Shown piece by piece: positions 13,601 through 26,188 of a DNA stretch of 64,000 nt; positions within the stretch are counted from its first letter, which is position 1; each line of letters begins with the position of its first letter. The notes beneath the pieces are model-generated. The model had not been told where the DNA came from, did no database searches, and saw nothing but the letters and a program-made list of their open reading frames with translations. Location: assembly GCA_030704615.1 (NCBI GenBank), contig CM060733.1, positions 37,696,001 through 37,760,000 of the forward strand. The letters are read 5' to 3'. The DNA comes from Takakia lepidozioides. Lineage: Eukaryota > Plantae > Bryophyta. Position numbers and translations under genes: made by a program.

Positions 13601-16600
13601 ACTGCACAGCAACAAAAATTCCCATAGGTAGCACCCTTTAAGTCATATAGAAGGAGAAGAGAGAACCAAGGGGTGACAAGACAAAAAGACAACAGGATTT
13701 TCTTACATCCACAAAGAGAATTGAAATGGTACTTTATAATGTCCGCGGAAAGCTCATAGAATTACAACGTCCAGAGAGAGGAGAGAGATGTACTTGTTCG
13801 ATATCCCTCTGATTAATCTCACTTAAATCGGACGAAAATGAAATCATTTCCCTCAGAAGCAGACCGAAATATATTGGAAAACAATTGCTGTACACTACGA
13901 GACCTGCTCAGTAATGAAGCCCATGAGGCCCACAAAGACAACCAGCTTTCCTGTTTGCCGCAGCACCCATCCTTTACGAACTGTTGCAGTTTGGGGGTAG
14001 CTTAACTGTATCCCACACAAAAAACCGTCTTGAGCAACCCCCCATGAGAATGACACCAACATGCACTGAACTAAGGGAGGGGAAAGGGCTAAGGTTGGCA
14101 GTGGGACGGAATACTAAAGCATAACCAGCCACCAGGATTGTAACCTGGTCTCCGGGTTCGGTGGAACGAGAAATGCAGCTGCCCCTCTCAACTTCAACGT
14201 ATGAAACATCTACATACATGCTATACACAAACACAGGTACCCATTCCAACAAAACTGTACCTAAAGGCAGTCTCAATTAAAAAATGGCTGAATTTTTTTC
14301 GACAAACCTGTCATACTAAGGCATACCTACGGAGGAAAGAGGAACCAACCTGGTAACAGAGAGTGGGAGCAATCATGAAGTATGCCATGCTTTGAACAGT
14401 GATATTATCCGGGTATTCCACCTTTGGTGCATCCTGCGGTGTCTCTGGCTGCTAAACACCAACCATTTCACATGTCAAAAAAAAATCTTGATTATGACAT
14501 CAGTATTTTTTGTGATTGGTCAGCCAATATTTTACCATCAATTTGTAAATGGTGGTAACACATCCACCCTCCATAGTTAACATTAAACTTCAAGGTTGAA
14601 TATGGACAATGCCCATCCTTTCCATGGACATGTTCTTAACTACGAAGATGCAGTTGAACAGCAGCCTTCAGCATGTATCAATATGAGAGCCAAGAGAACT
14701 CTAAAGCACATTTGAGAGAAAACCAACATCAAAGAGAGAGCCCTCGCTCCCTTCCTCAGTCGGAAACCATTGCTGCAGGTAGGACCAAGACGCATATTGC
14801 TGATGAAACTGACCCTTGCTTGATGTTGATCTAAGCATAAAAACACGTTTTGAGAGGCTACTGCTCTGAAGGAAGAAGGACAAACTCGATCCTCTGACTT
14901 TCGTGATCTGCTATCCAGTGCCATTTGAAACGCTTATGTGAATAAGTCAGATCTATACCTTCTCACCAGCCCGAATAAGTACGCGGATATCGCTGTTAGT
15001 GTGCGCATACGACACAAGCTTCATCCACCCAACCACTGCAATCAGTATCAGAATGAGGCCAGAGAGCACTGCCGATTGTACCCTGCAACATGGTAAGCAA
15101 TTGTCAAGATTCGTCATTTGAACACAAACAAAGTGGTGTCTCCACATTTTTGACCATGACAAAAATGCCTTACAGTATTCCCTGGTAAGCATCTCATCAA
15201 GCATGGCATGGACAAACCATAAACCCTTTCTTGATTGGAGACAATCAATACATCCCAGCTCTTCTCTTTCAGAGTAAATGGATGTCGAAGCACAACAGGT
15301 ACCTGTGGATAACATATCCAGGATATAGAATTCCTGTTGTGGTGATAATAATGTATAAGAAGGCCACAAACTGCACATATCAACGAAGAATTAGAAACTT
15401 TCTTGAAAGAAAACCAGGAAGCATATAGCATCCGGTGTTGAGATCCATGGGCATGGTGTGACTAACAACCTGTCAGCTAACAAGATTAACAAGATCCTTA
15501 CGCAAGTGGTACAAACTGCAACTTACACACGTAAATGATGCAAAATCACAATATCAGAATTAGCTACTCTTAATCCACATTGAAGGCCAACAATCCTCTT
15601 CCATTTCCTACATTTGAATTGAGAACAATCAAAGCCCACATAAGTCAGAAAAACATACTTACCCCCTCAGAGACTGATGTGTGCACCTTTAACTTCTCTA
15701 CCAACAACGCAGAAAGCGGAAAAACTGGTAATGTTAGCCTGCACATTGCAGCAAAAAGTGAAGTTTTTGAGTGAAGACTTGCACTAAAGGGCTACTACCT
15801 GCCTCTCTCTACCTCTATTCTTATTTCCGCTGATCGTTCTTGGATTTCCGAGCAGTCAATGGCAATTTCAGGTTAAGCCTTATATATCCTGGTGGGAAAA
15901 AATACCACAATCAGCTTGGGAAGGTTAGCATCCTGCAGGGCCTCTGCCTTCCATGTACATCATAACCAGGGTTCCACAACAGTGAATGATTACATTCTAT
16001 ATTAAGCTGACAAAAATTCTAAAACAGATAAGTCAGTGGAGGAGATGGTCAAGATTGGTAAGGCCAGAGTAAATGGTGCTTGAAAGTGAACAAACTGAAG
16101 CCTGGTGGTGGCAACTGGACTCAAGGACTACCCTAAGGGGCCTTCCCATGCTCGAGACTACCTGTTTGCAATATATCAAGTGCGCTGGGTAAAAAGGAAT
16201 GTATATGTGCACATTAGCATGAGGGTACCAAACAAGTTTAGAGGCTTTGTATTGGGCACAGGGAAACGAGAGGCTCTCTTTAAGGTGGGTTCCTCGAGCT
16301 GAAGACAATACTGAAAGATATGGCCCTCCTCGGGGTCTGCATTCTAGGGTGATTACTCAAATCCAACTGGTTCTATGGTTGAAAACTTTCTTGGAAAAAT
16401 CTGGAAGACCAGAATCATCTCTATTTTTGAAATGTTAGACCCACTCGTCGAGCAAGCCTTCCGTGATCATTTTGGCCCATTCCCATCCCCTTTCCTCCTC
16501 TACTCCCTCACGCTGCTCAGTCAAACTGGGCACATGGACTATGGCCACAAAGCCATAGCATGAGAAGTCCTTTGTAATACTATGTCTTTCCCTTTTTATC

Positions 16601-19600
16601 TCTGTATTTGTCTCAGTGCCCACGTTGATATATATCAAGCTGTATTCAGCCCTTGTCATGTCTTTCCTGTTTGCTCTTCTTCATTTTCATTATCCTAAAA
16701 CCTAATTTTATCCAATGGACAGTTAACAGCATTAGATAAGATATCAAAGAATGCAAGGGGAAGGTTTGAGAAAGGATCCATCAGAGACAGTGAAGGGCAC
16801 AAGACAGGAAAAACACAGTTTTCCAGCATATGACCACTAAGGAGGGGAGATCAGATTCAGTACCCACACATCAGAAGAGGCCAATCCTTCCACGACTTGG
16901 AGCTAAACCAAAAACCATTCTGAACTAGCAGCCCGTACTGTAAAAGACAGCCAAACACCATTAGTCGTGCCCTGCAGTACTCTAGGAAGAGAAAAAATCA
17001 AGAGTTTTCTACATGCCTGTCACAATAGTCCACACTTCAGACATCCCAGAGAGAGGAAAGTACAGACACTGATGCCCCAGCAAGGACTTGCCCCCTCAGT
17101 CTGCACTGTATGTTGGAGACCTCGATAAGGAGGCTAACCAAACCATTTGACATCACACTACATCATGAAAAAGATGTTATATGTGCCACAAACGAGCTGC
17201 AAAACAGGCACCTTCATCAAGTTCTCAATGATGAGCCGACTATTCACTGCTATTAGAACTACAACGCACAGATTGAACAACCCTGCATGGCTCTGACCCA
17301 TCCCCATGTCCACAAATTGCCATCATCAGTACCTTCTGTTGAGAACGGTAAATTGCTTCCACCAAATCAAAGTACGGTAAAAATAGAAAGGGTATGCAGC
17401 CATAGACAAGGACAAGTTTAGATTCTCAGCGATGTTTAGTAAGTTCTGAAGGACAAGAAGGGGCTTTTGCTGCAGCCAAAGACATTCATTTAACCATGGA
17501 TAGTAGGTTGTGGACATAAAATGAACCTGATTCACCTGTAAGATAGCCAAATCTGTATTACCTGGTGGGAGAAGGATGTGAATGGGAGAGAGTCGGAGCT
17601 ACACAGACATTAAAGGAGAAGAGGCAGACAAAACAAGAGAATCCACTTGCCTGGTGAAATATCGCGTCTGAACTAAGAGGGCTTTCCCTTGGCCTTCGGT
17701 GCGCCGGCGCCGATGGACGGAGAGTGTGCTTAACAGAGACATCCACATGGGAGGTAGGCTGGCCCTCTGCCATGTTTCCCCCCACCTTCTTCACAGCCAT
17801 ACCTGCTAAGAGACTGGTGCTATCAGCTGACACACTCATCGATAGGCTCTGTGTCTTTCGACGACGAAGTTGATTTGGATTTCCAGTGTTGCTGCTAATG
17901 GTGTCAATATCTTCCCCAGAGGTGCCATCCAAGTCTGCTGTAGTAGTGTCCGACACTTGAGTTAAATCTGAAACACCCTCCACCATACCTGCATCTTTGT
18001 CTTCTTTACTGGACACCACTTTGCAACCTACTGACTGCCAACCAAACAGGGAAACATCCCAATGGTGAGACGCCAGAATATTAAGTACACTACCAACGTT
18101 GTTCTTGGCCACATGTTATGAGACTGCCTGGGAAATCAATTTGCTAGCAGACTCACACAAATACCTTTCTTGGCTACGAAAGATAGATAAAGATAGATAG
18201 ATTGTACTCATAAGACGTTGTTTGCCGTAGCCTTGTGGCCATTGACCCCGCGCCCAGTTTGAGCGGGAACAAAAGGAACAGAACCTACCTCTGTCCGGGG
18301 CTGACGTTGGTAGTAAGACTTACCTTCATATAAAGAATTAATCCGGGTTTTCCAGATATCCTCTAGAAATCCCTTCACACAAGCATCAATCTGCTGTGTG
18401 TGATTTGCCCAAAAACTAGGCCTCAGGAGGATAGAGATAAAGATAGATAGAGAAAGATACCCAGCATGGTGCATTCCAATAAAAGTTTGTCGAGAAAGTA
18501 ATGTTCCAAACATATCCGGAGTGCCCACTACTAACACACCAAGGTTGCTGGCATCACAAGGAGACATACCCTCAAAGCATTGATCCAGTTGTGCCCGTCA
18601 GCTTCTTGCACCTCACTCAGACGCAGTAGAATACGCCTAGAACTGTCCTCTGCAACACACCATCATCCGGCCACTTACCACTAAAAGAATATGCAATTTC
18701 ATCCTTGCTCATAGTCCAAGACGCTTAGATCCCCCATGGTTAAATGTACAAACTAATTTGAGTTACTTGTCGCTTCAAAACCCCTAGGTTTAGCTATTTG
18801 TGTTTTAGTAGTTTGATGTAAAGACTGGTCTCAATGTGATGGAGCACCCCTGTATGCTCTGTGGCATGGTATGTTCTGCTGCTAGAGACAAGTGAGAAAA
18901 AATTCCTGCACTTCAACTTGGTCAAAAAAGTGCACCTGTTATCAGTTTGTGACCTAGTCTTTTCAAATGGAATGATGACCAAACCTTTTTAGAGTATGTA
19001 GATTTCAGCTTACTGACACTCACACATGCAACAAATAGGTGGTTCTGACCTATGCTGAAGATTTGATATCTGCCACTTCTCATCCCTTCCACGTGGATAA
19101 TCCAATTTTCCACAGGATAAATCCCTCGTGGATGACTAGCTGCCTCACCCTCTGACTTCCAGAAGGACAGAGTAGTACTTGTCAAGCTGTTACCACACCA
19201 AATACCAAATGCGTTACAGAATGAGATATCCAACTAGCATGGGGTGAAAATCTCTGTCCGAAAGCAAGAGAGTCACAGGGCATGCTATCACCGTTATGCC
19301 AAAAAACAGCTGTTTACAGAATGTAAGGGTGTCAAGCTGGCCATCATGGGCAGTGTCCAATGTACCTGAAAAAGCGACATTCCCATGTCTCCAGTAGGTG
19401 GGCCCACTGATTAAGCTTATACAAACACCCGCATTTCAGCACAGGGCCTGGACTCTGCAAGAAAGTGCGATGCCCACTTTCAGAGTATTCATGAAGCTCT
19501 CACTAGAGGAAAGGGAGTGATGAAAGGGGTGGAGAGAAGCCCTGATTTCACCAGATGAAAATGTGCAAAGCATACATGATAAAGCATTTGTTTGCAAGCA

Positions 19601-21113
19601 TATAGACAGTATAAAAGGATCTGAAGCAATTGTTTGGAATAGTTTTTAAGAAAATCTCCGATGATCAAAGAGTACAAATTCCATATGCAAACTGAGTTTT
19701 CTTCTCAACTAGACATTGAATTAGCATACGAGAAGGGACAGATAGAAGGGGAAACAAGGTTTTACTTTCATTCGATTGGTTTGTTCCTGCTGAGACCACC
19801 CTGTGTCCCACCAGAATACAGGAAGGGATCGATCCTCATGGAAACGACATGAATCCAAGGCACTGTGAGGTAGCCAATGGACCCCTAAACTCTGCCTCTC
19901 TCGGGGTATTCCAACTGTGTTCTGGATAGTTCCACAACCTCCTGTGTAGAAACTTGGCACAAACTGGTGAAACATACAGGATTTAAGCGCTTTAGGAGCA
20001 AGGAAAGATGGAGGTTCATCATTAAACTTAAGTGTTTCATTCCAACATGATTATGATGTTTGACTGTTCCTGATTAATGGTTTCTAAGGCCTGATTGATC
20101 TCCGCAGAATTTTTCCTTGGCAATGTCCATAAATCTGTCAAGACAGACATTGTCATTCACCTCATTGACCCAACCTGCAACAAGATTATATACAGATGTG
20201 GCGTTCCATTATCAAGTGAGTCGCACCACAAAACTGCCAAAATGCTTCAAAGACAGAATCAATTCTAGGAAAGCAGACGACATCCACAGTGTTTGCAGTA
20301 GCTTCCGATCAAATGGAGAGAACTTCACAGAAATTGCCTCCAAATGAACACTTGACTCAATGCTTGTCTACACACTGCGGCCCGCTGCAAGTCTTTAAAG
20401 CTAAGACTCGTGTCGCGTCCCACTAAAACGTACGAGAAGGTTGCTATACTTCCATCACCTTCATCACCTGTGTGTGCTCCAGGTGCAGACACTAGACTCT
20501 CCTGTTGCTGCCAATTTTGCCTAAAATGGACGTGCATACGTGCATACTTGGGAACAAGCAATACGCATCATTCAATAAAATGTTCTTAATCTACAAGATT
20601 TCCTGAGGCTACCTCGATCTCTCCCGTCCTCCTAATTCCCCAAGAGATAGTCGTCCCTGCTATGCCTTCTTATTACTGTTTAAAGTCTGACGGTCCGTCT
20701 CTCTCTCTCATGCGCAATCCGGGCGACACTTTGCGTGTTCCAAACTGGGGCTAAAAATTCACACGAAACAGAGATCATCCTGAAGCACATTTAGTTGGAC
20801 CTAACACTTCCTTAAAACAAACCGTTCATGTTCCTCCAACGAATGCAAGTCTCAATTCATTCGCACAAACCACACACTAATTCCCCAGCAAAATCCACGC
20901 ATTCCCTCCACTTTCGGTCCGCAAAATATCTTCCATTCATTAGCCATGATGGGAACCTAAGAACAAGATGAATCATGCCTGGGCCAAGCGCTCTTGCAGG
21001 TCCTCAATTTCCCTCTTCAATTTTCTGTTCAGCGCCTCCAAATCCTCCCTACTGATCTCCTCGCTTCCCGGACTAGCAGCAGCATCATCATCTCCCCCAC
21101 CTAATCCTTCCAT
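7602..21113 (-). CDS. DGAT1: Diacylglycerol O-acyltransferase 1 (MBOAT) with N-terminal PH domain, ~21 exons
   Basis: Exons read in frame: 19454-19366, 19186-19050, 18649-18570 (PH domain); 18034-17651 ([23 protein letters not shown]); 17292-17212 ([27 protein letters not shown]); 16937-16864; 15738-15663; 15370-15303; ~15083-14959 ([10 protein letters not shown]); ~14450-14350 (APTLCYQ); ~14005-13904; ~13600-13464; ~12923-12841 ([12 protein letters not shown]); 12624-12604 (YWRMWNM); 12135-12073 ([13 protein letters not shown]); 11944-11897 (SGIFHE); 11372-11310; 10585-10532; 7694-7602 ([30 protein letters not shown]). The first exon (21113-20979, coiled-coil) and the link through ~20500-20150 are tentative. 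Confidence 0.93.
8003..10109 (+). mobile_element. 5'-truncated RTE/RTEX-like non-LTR retrotransposon (RT + C-terminal CCHC), frameshifted, in the last DGAT1 intron, antisense to the gene
   Basis: RT motifs [54 protein letters not shown]; zinc knuckle [17 protein letters not shown]. 14-bp TSD TTTCTCCCTTCTCT at 7989-8002 and 10110-10123. Confidence 0.9.
12975..13075 (+). mobile_element. Short diverged 3'-end relic of the same LINE family, in a DGAT1 intron
   Basis: caaattgagcacggggtctatggccacaaggctacggca closely matches caaactgggcgcggggtcaatggccacgaggctacggca at ~10050-10088; follows a (CT)n run. Confidence 0.6.
16000..16570 (+). mobile_element. Older diverged 3' fragment of a related LINE, in a DGAT1 intron (left boundary approximate)
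   Basis: ORF 16375-16563 '[17 protein letters not shown]...[14 protein letters not shown]' parallels '[17 protein letters not shown]...[14 protein letters not shown]'; 'KREALFK' parallels 'QRDALFK'. Confidence 0.65.
18201..18430 (-). mobile_element. ~230-bp 5'-truncated copy of the 8003-10109 LINE 3' end, in DGAT1 intron 18035-18569
   Basis: Near-identical to ~9881-10110 (a few substitutions). 16-bp TSD AGATAAAGATAGATAG at 18185-18200 and 18435-18450, with 4 extra nt at the 5' junction. Confidence 0.92.
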
Positions 21114-24100
21114 CGCTGCGTGTTCCTCGCACAAAGTCAAGCCATCGATCGCAATCTCGCTCTGTCTCTCTCTCGTTTTTCTACGTTCTTTCTTTCTGGC
21201 TCTTTCTCTTCCCTCTCTGCGCTCTCTCACTCACCAAGCTGCTTCACCGTGCCAGCCACGTATTTATGCTTTTCTTTTTTTATTCTTTTATTCTTCTAGT
21301 TACCCGGCAGTAAGGCTGATTGTCTGTCGCCAAAATGCCGGGTGTACATTTATTTGTCTATTTATAGGCGCACGAGAACACAATGATAGGACGACACGAG
21401 TCACAGTTACGCTGGCTAAACTCGTTCTACCAGCCACTTGGCGGCTTCTAGTTTTCCGGCACTGCCATTCTGTTGTGTCGGGCGGGAGTTTCACATTTTT
21501 CGATAAAGTGCGTGATCAGTAAATAATTAATAAATAACAAGTCTCAAGCGGCGATCATGGGCTCTCTTGCTTTGGTAAAAGATAAAAGAGGAACGTAACT
21601 GCATGAACACACCAAGAAAAAAAAGGAAAAAAGAAAAAAAGTAACACACCAATCCCTGCTTTGACACCGTGTAAGGTCCTTTGACCACATTTTCAATATG
21701 AAATAACAAATATATTTGTTGTTTTGTTGGCTCCGGCGGTTCGACCATCCAGGGCCCCAAATCACAACAGGTAACCAGGCTCCTCGCACTGGCTACAAGA
21801 GAGCCAACAAAATTTCTTGGGCAGCGGACATTTAAGTAAATAAAATAACCAACATATTCTTTTTAATGTAATGCAAAGGGCTTTTGTAAGGTTATTTTTT
21901 CCCTACTTTAATAAAGTTTCCAGGGCTACAATCCCCCTGATCATTAGAAACAAAAAGAAATCCTTTTGCAACAGTATTTTATTAAGTTTTCTTTGTTTGT
22001 AAATTGAAGGCATAATATTTTGGCAGCCACTTTATTTTTATTTCATTATTTATAATTATATATATCCTGTTTGGTAACTGGCTGGTATTCAAAAACCATT
22101 GGAAAACCAATCCAGTCAATATCCATCCACAAATAAAACCGACGGATATAGAATTTGAGGTTTACTTTTTATTTTTCTTAAAGCAGGTGTCATTTAAATT
22201 TTATTGATAAAAGGGGGAAGAACAATACATGTGATACATGCAATCCCCGCCGTATTATAGATATGAATAGGTTGTGAAGCACTCAGTGTATGTACATAGT
22301 AGTAGATTTTCTGATGGTTGAGTTCAGGTTATGAAGCCTTCTTGTTCTTTCCAATCACTTTAGTGCAAAAATTGTCGTAAAAATTGCCCTAAAATCGGCA
22401 CTTTTATTCTCTCTTTCTCTCTTACACCATCCCCATACACACAACCACCCACTTGAATCCCTGACTTTTACTTGGCTAACCCAAGCCCTATGGTTAGAGA
22501 TTGAATATCTTTTGTGGTAAACTGCATGGCGAGAGACTAAGGGTCACAATTGCACGGTTTGATACTTCCAAGATGTGCCTTGAAGGTCCTTTTACCACAT
22601 TTTCTCCATTGACTTCAACATGAAGAGGAGTGATTGCAAGCTAGAGTGGACCAAAAGTGGCATAGCAAGAATACATAAATGAGGATGTGGCGAATCCTCA
22701 ACCATCGGATTTGCTTCAACTGACAATCTTGACCGTCTATTATTGACTGTTCAAACCAAGATTTTCAAACTGCGATAGTTTCAATTCACAAGTATTTTTT
22801 TGAAATTTGATCGCATTTATGGTGAATGAATGTGTCTAATGAAAAAAAAATGTTATTTCAAAAAAATATATTCATAAAGGACTCTATAAAAATAGTTATT
22901 TTTTAGGCTCAAAATAGTACATAAGTTTTTTTAACTTCATATTTTTGAATGATAGTTTTCATTCCAGATTCCTCATTCTTCAAAGCAAGTTTGAGAGAGT
23001 CCCTTTTCTTGAATGTGTTCTAATTTCTATATTTAAAAAGTCCATAACATCTTTTTTTATGGAATGTGACAATTCCTTTTAAAAGTCCATAACATCTAGA
23101 GATTCTGGTTTTTGATAATTAAATTTAAAAGTGTGAAAGTATATGTAGTTGAGCCTTTATATATTAGATCCTTTTTATTGATAGCATTGTCATGTAGGAG
23201 TATGATAATTTACCACTATTCTATGTTTGGAAAAACAGTGTTGTGACAACAAACAATCGACACTAGGCTGCAATCACCAAGAAAGCGAACAATGAGAACA
23301 TCATTGGGTAAGGGTTACCTTTATCACAAGCCCAGATCTCATTCTCTCCCCTTCCTCCCTCCCCAAGGACCAAACTAAGAATCATCCTCGTCCGTGATTA
23401 CTCCATGGGTTTGGACATTGTTGGGCGGGTATAGACCCCGGATATCAACATCCAGATTGGATGATGCCTGTTGGATGTACTAGTAGCTAGAACCTGATTC
23501 TTACCTAGAATCTATGCTGAATATCAACCGGATATTACAAAAATTCAAAAATTCAAACACTTCAGGAAAAAAAAGTTGCTGATTTTGTTTTGGTTGTCGA
23601 GTGATTCAAATGTATGGCGAAATAGCCTTTTGTCATGGTTCATTTTCATTACATTTTATTTTTTATTTTATTTATTTATTTTTTGGGAAAGGGATGAGAG
23701 GCCCTGATACAATTTCTAATATGATCTACATGACTTCTGCCCCTTTTAAATTTTTAAAACAAAATCATATTGATTTATCCATTGGTCTGCATTAGTTTTT
23801 AATCTCAATTTAATAATATTAATTATTTAAGTTGATTAAACATAAATAATAAAATAATTTTATATTTTATTATCCGGATTACTCTATACCTGTTTGGATA
23901 TGACAATCTGGGTATCCCGACTTATTTATATCCAGCAGATTCTGAAAAATAAACCTATCATGCATAAGAGACGAATACAGTTGGAAATCCAGATTTGTTC
24001 CCATTTAGACTTTAGACGCATTTGTTCCGACATTATTCTTCGGCTTGAGGCTGTACTTCTGGTACACAAGATTTCCAACCACAACTGCAAAAACACGGAT

Positions 24101-25078
24101 GCCAAATATTTGGTATATTCTCTTAGTACTCTTTAAAGATGCTACGGGAAAATGAATTACGAAACTGCTCCAAAAGTCTGCTCAGGTGAGCACAAGCTGC
24201 TATTTTTGTTTTTTAAATTCTGGCGATATTTTATTTTTTTTGTTTCTGGCGATACTTCAAAGAGTTTCTCCGGGAAACCTGGGGTGTTTTTTGTGGGGCA
24301 CCGCTAGGGCCAAAATTACCGAAGTTTTGCCCGCAAAACTTTGGGGGGGTTCTTTTGTTCTTTTCCTGCATAGACAGGTCCATAATTACCTTGATTATCT
24401 CGGATTATGAAGTTTCGCTCGCGAAATCCAAGTGGTTCTTATATTGTATCTTCTGGTATTTTTGCTTCAACCAATTAATTTCAAACTTGATTGTTTTTCA
24501 GAAGAATATCACTTTTATTATAGGTGGTAAATATATTTACATTTATCATTTGTTATGGAGCCTATTTGCGTGTAAATTGGACCCTATTTCTATCTTCTAT
24601 CTATTTCTGTGAAAACATTGGGACACTATTACCATGTTTTAGTGCTCACATTCTCCATTTTTCTATGCTCAGGTTCTACCAACCCCCTATATGGATTTAC
24701 AAGGTGTGAGAAAGGCGAGGATCTCCCTAAGATCCGGCTCATCCTTGCTGCACTTCTCATATCCTCTAAGCCCTCCATACAACTCAATAAAGTTATATTT
24801 GTACACGTTAAAGCCTTATGACCATCGTTCCACTGGAAAACAAATCCTACCACAACTTCCATTAGCACTAAAGCAAAATATGTTGAACTAATTCGTTGCG
24901 TGAAAAAATGGTCAGGAAAGAATTGTTACAATTCTTGTCAATCCTTTGCATAATCCTGCCTGGCCAAAAAACCCTAACCTTTTCTTTTGGGGGCCTTGCC
25001 TTTGCAGATCCCACTATTTACTAATTTAGTAGGCAGTAAGTTAGTAGGTAGTAAGAAGGGGGTCCTATGAGGCAGTGG

Positions 25079-25254
25079 GACCCTTCTAGAAGGCCCTGGA
25101 CACATGTCAACCCTACAAGACTCCTTATTCTAAATTTGGCCAATTCTTCCCCTCTTTTTTTTGGACCCTTCTAAAAGGCCCTGGACACATGTCAACCCTA
25201 CAACACTCCTTATTCTAAATTTGGCCAATTCCTCCCCTCTTTTTTTTTGGACCC
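25079..25254. repeat. Direct tandem duplication, 2 x ~85 bp
   Basis: gacccttcta(g/a)aaggccctggacacatgtcaaccctacaa...ttggccaatt..ccctctttttttt(t)gg starts at 25079 and again at 25164. Confidence 0.9.
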
Positions 25255-26188
25255 CCTCATCTCATTCCTTAATACAGGTGGCCTTCCTACATAAGCGCCC
25301 CACTCTAACTCCTGGGCCGCAGTAATTCCTGGATCACTCTAGAATCAGGGCCCGAATGAAACTGCTCTACATATTCTCTTCAATTGTTTTTAAAAGAAGA
25401 GGGGATGGATCATGGAAGCCCTCACATTTTTATTGAAGGGGGAAAACAATCCCATTTCGTCGTGTATAAAGGCCTTATGGCAGCCTTCGGGCACTCAAAG
25501 GGTTTTAGTTGTTTTTCCCTTCGTGTGAATGACAAACCTAGAAACCAAACAAGCTTTTTGCGTTTCCAAGGAAAAAGGAACAATTGTATATATTCAAATA
25601 CTATGGAACCGCAGGGTACTAAAAAGTGAAATGTTTCAATATCAGGACCCGGCTGGTGTTAGCTTCACTCCTCATCTCTCTGAAAACCGGTATTATAACC
25701 TACCTGAGGTAAGAAAGAAAAACAATGTTTTGATAGACCGACGAAGTTTTATCAATCGAAAAAATCAACTATCTATCGATGCCAGTACACACTAGTCAGG
25801 TACTAAAAGTGAGGGTCGTAAGATTGTCAAAAATGGCTCCTCTCAGTCGGCGAAGCAGCATGCGTGCCAACACCCAGTTCTCACTTCTAGGTAGCTGAAG
25901 TGCTTGGGCTACACCAAGCACTGCACTCAAAGCAAACATGCCTGAGTCCAAGTATCGTACCATAACTGATTGAGATATTGCAATGATGGAGTGTTTGACT
26001 CTGAAAGGAGTGGCACAGTGAGAGATGAACACCAACAAAATGAAGGTTCATATGTTTGTCCAATTTGTGATGGCTGATCCATCTGTCGACAAAGAATAGC
26101 CGATCTACAAACTAGTTTTGACACCTACTATACAATCAGCTGGTGACATGATCAACTAATTTGACCACACGCCAACTACTTTCAGAGG

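Noticed and set aside
20968-21522. 184-aa plus-strand ORF
   Set aside because: Low-complexity antisense read of the DGAT1 first exon and its GA-rich 5' UTR.
21640-24430. Short dispersed repeats and hairpins (aaggtcctt..accacatttt at ~21673 and ~22583; aagttttgcccgcaaaactt at 24322-24341; ccggatatc motifs)
   Set aside because: Probably MITE debris, but I could not define TIR/TSD boundaries.
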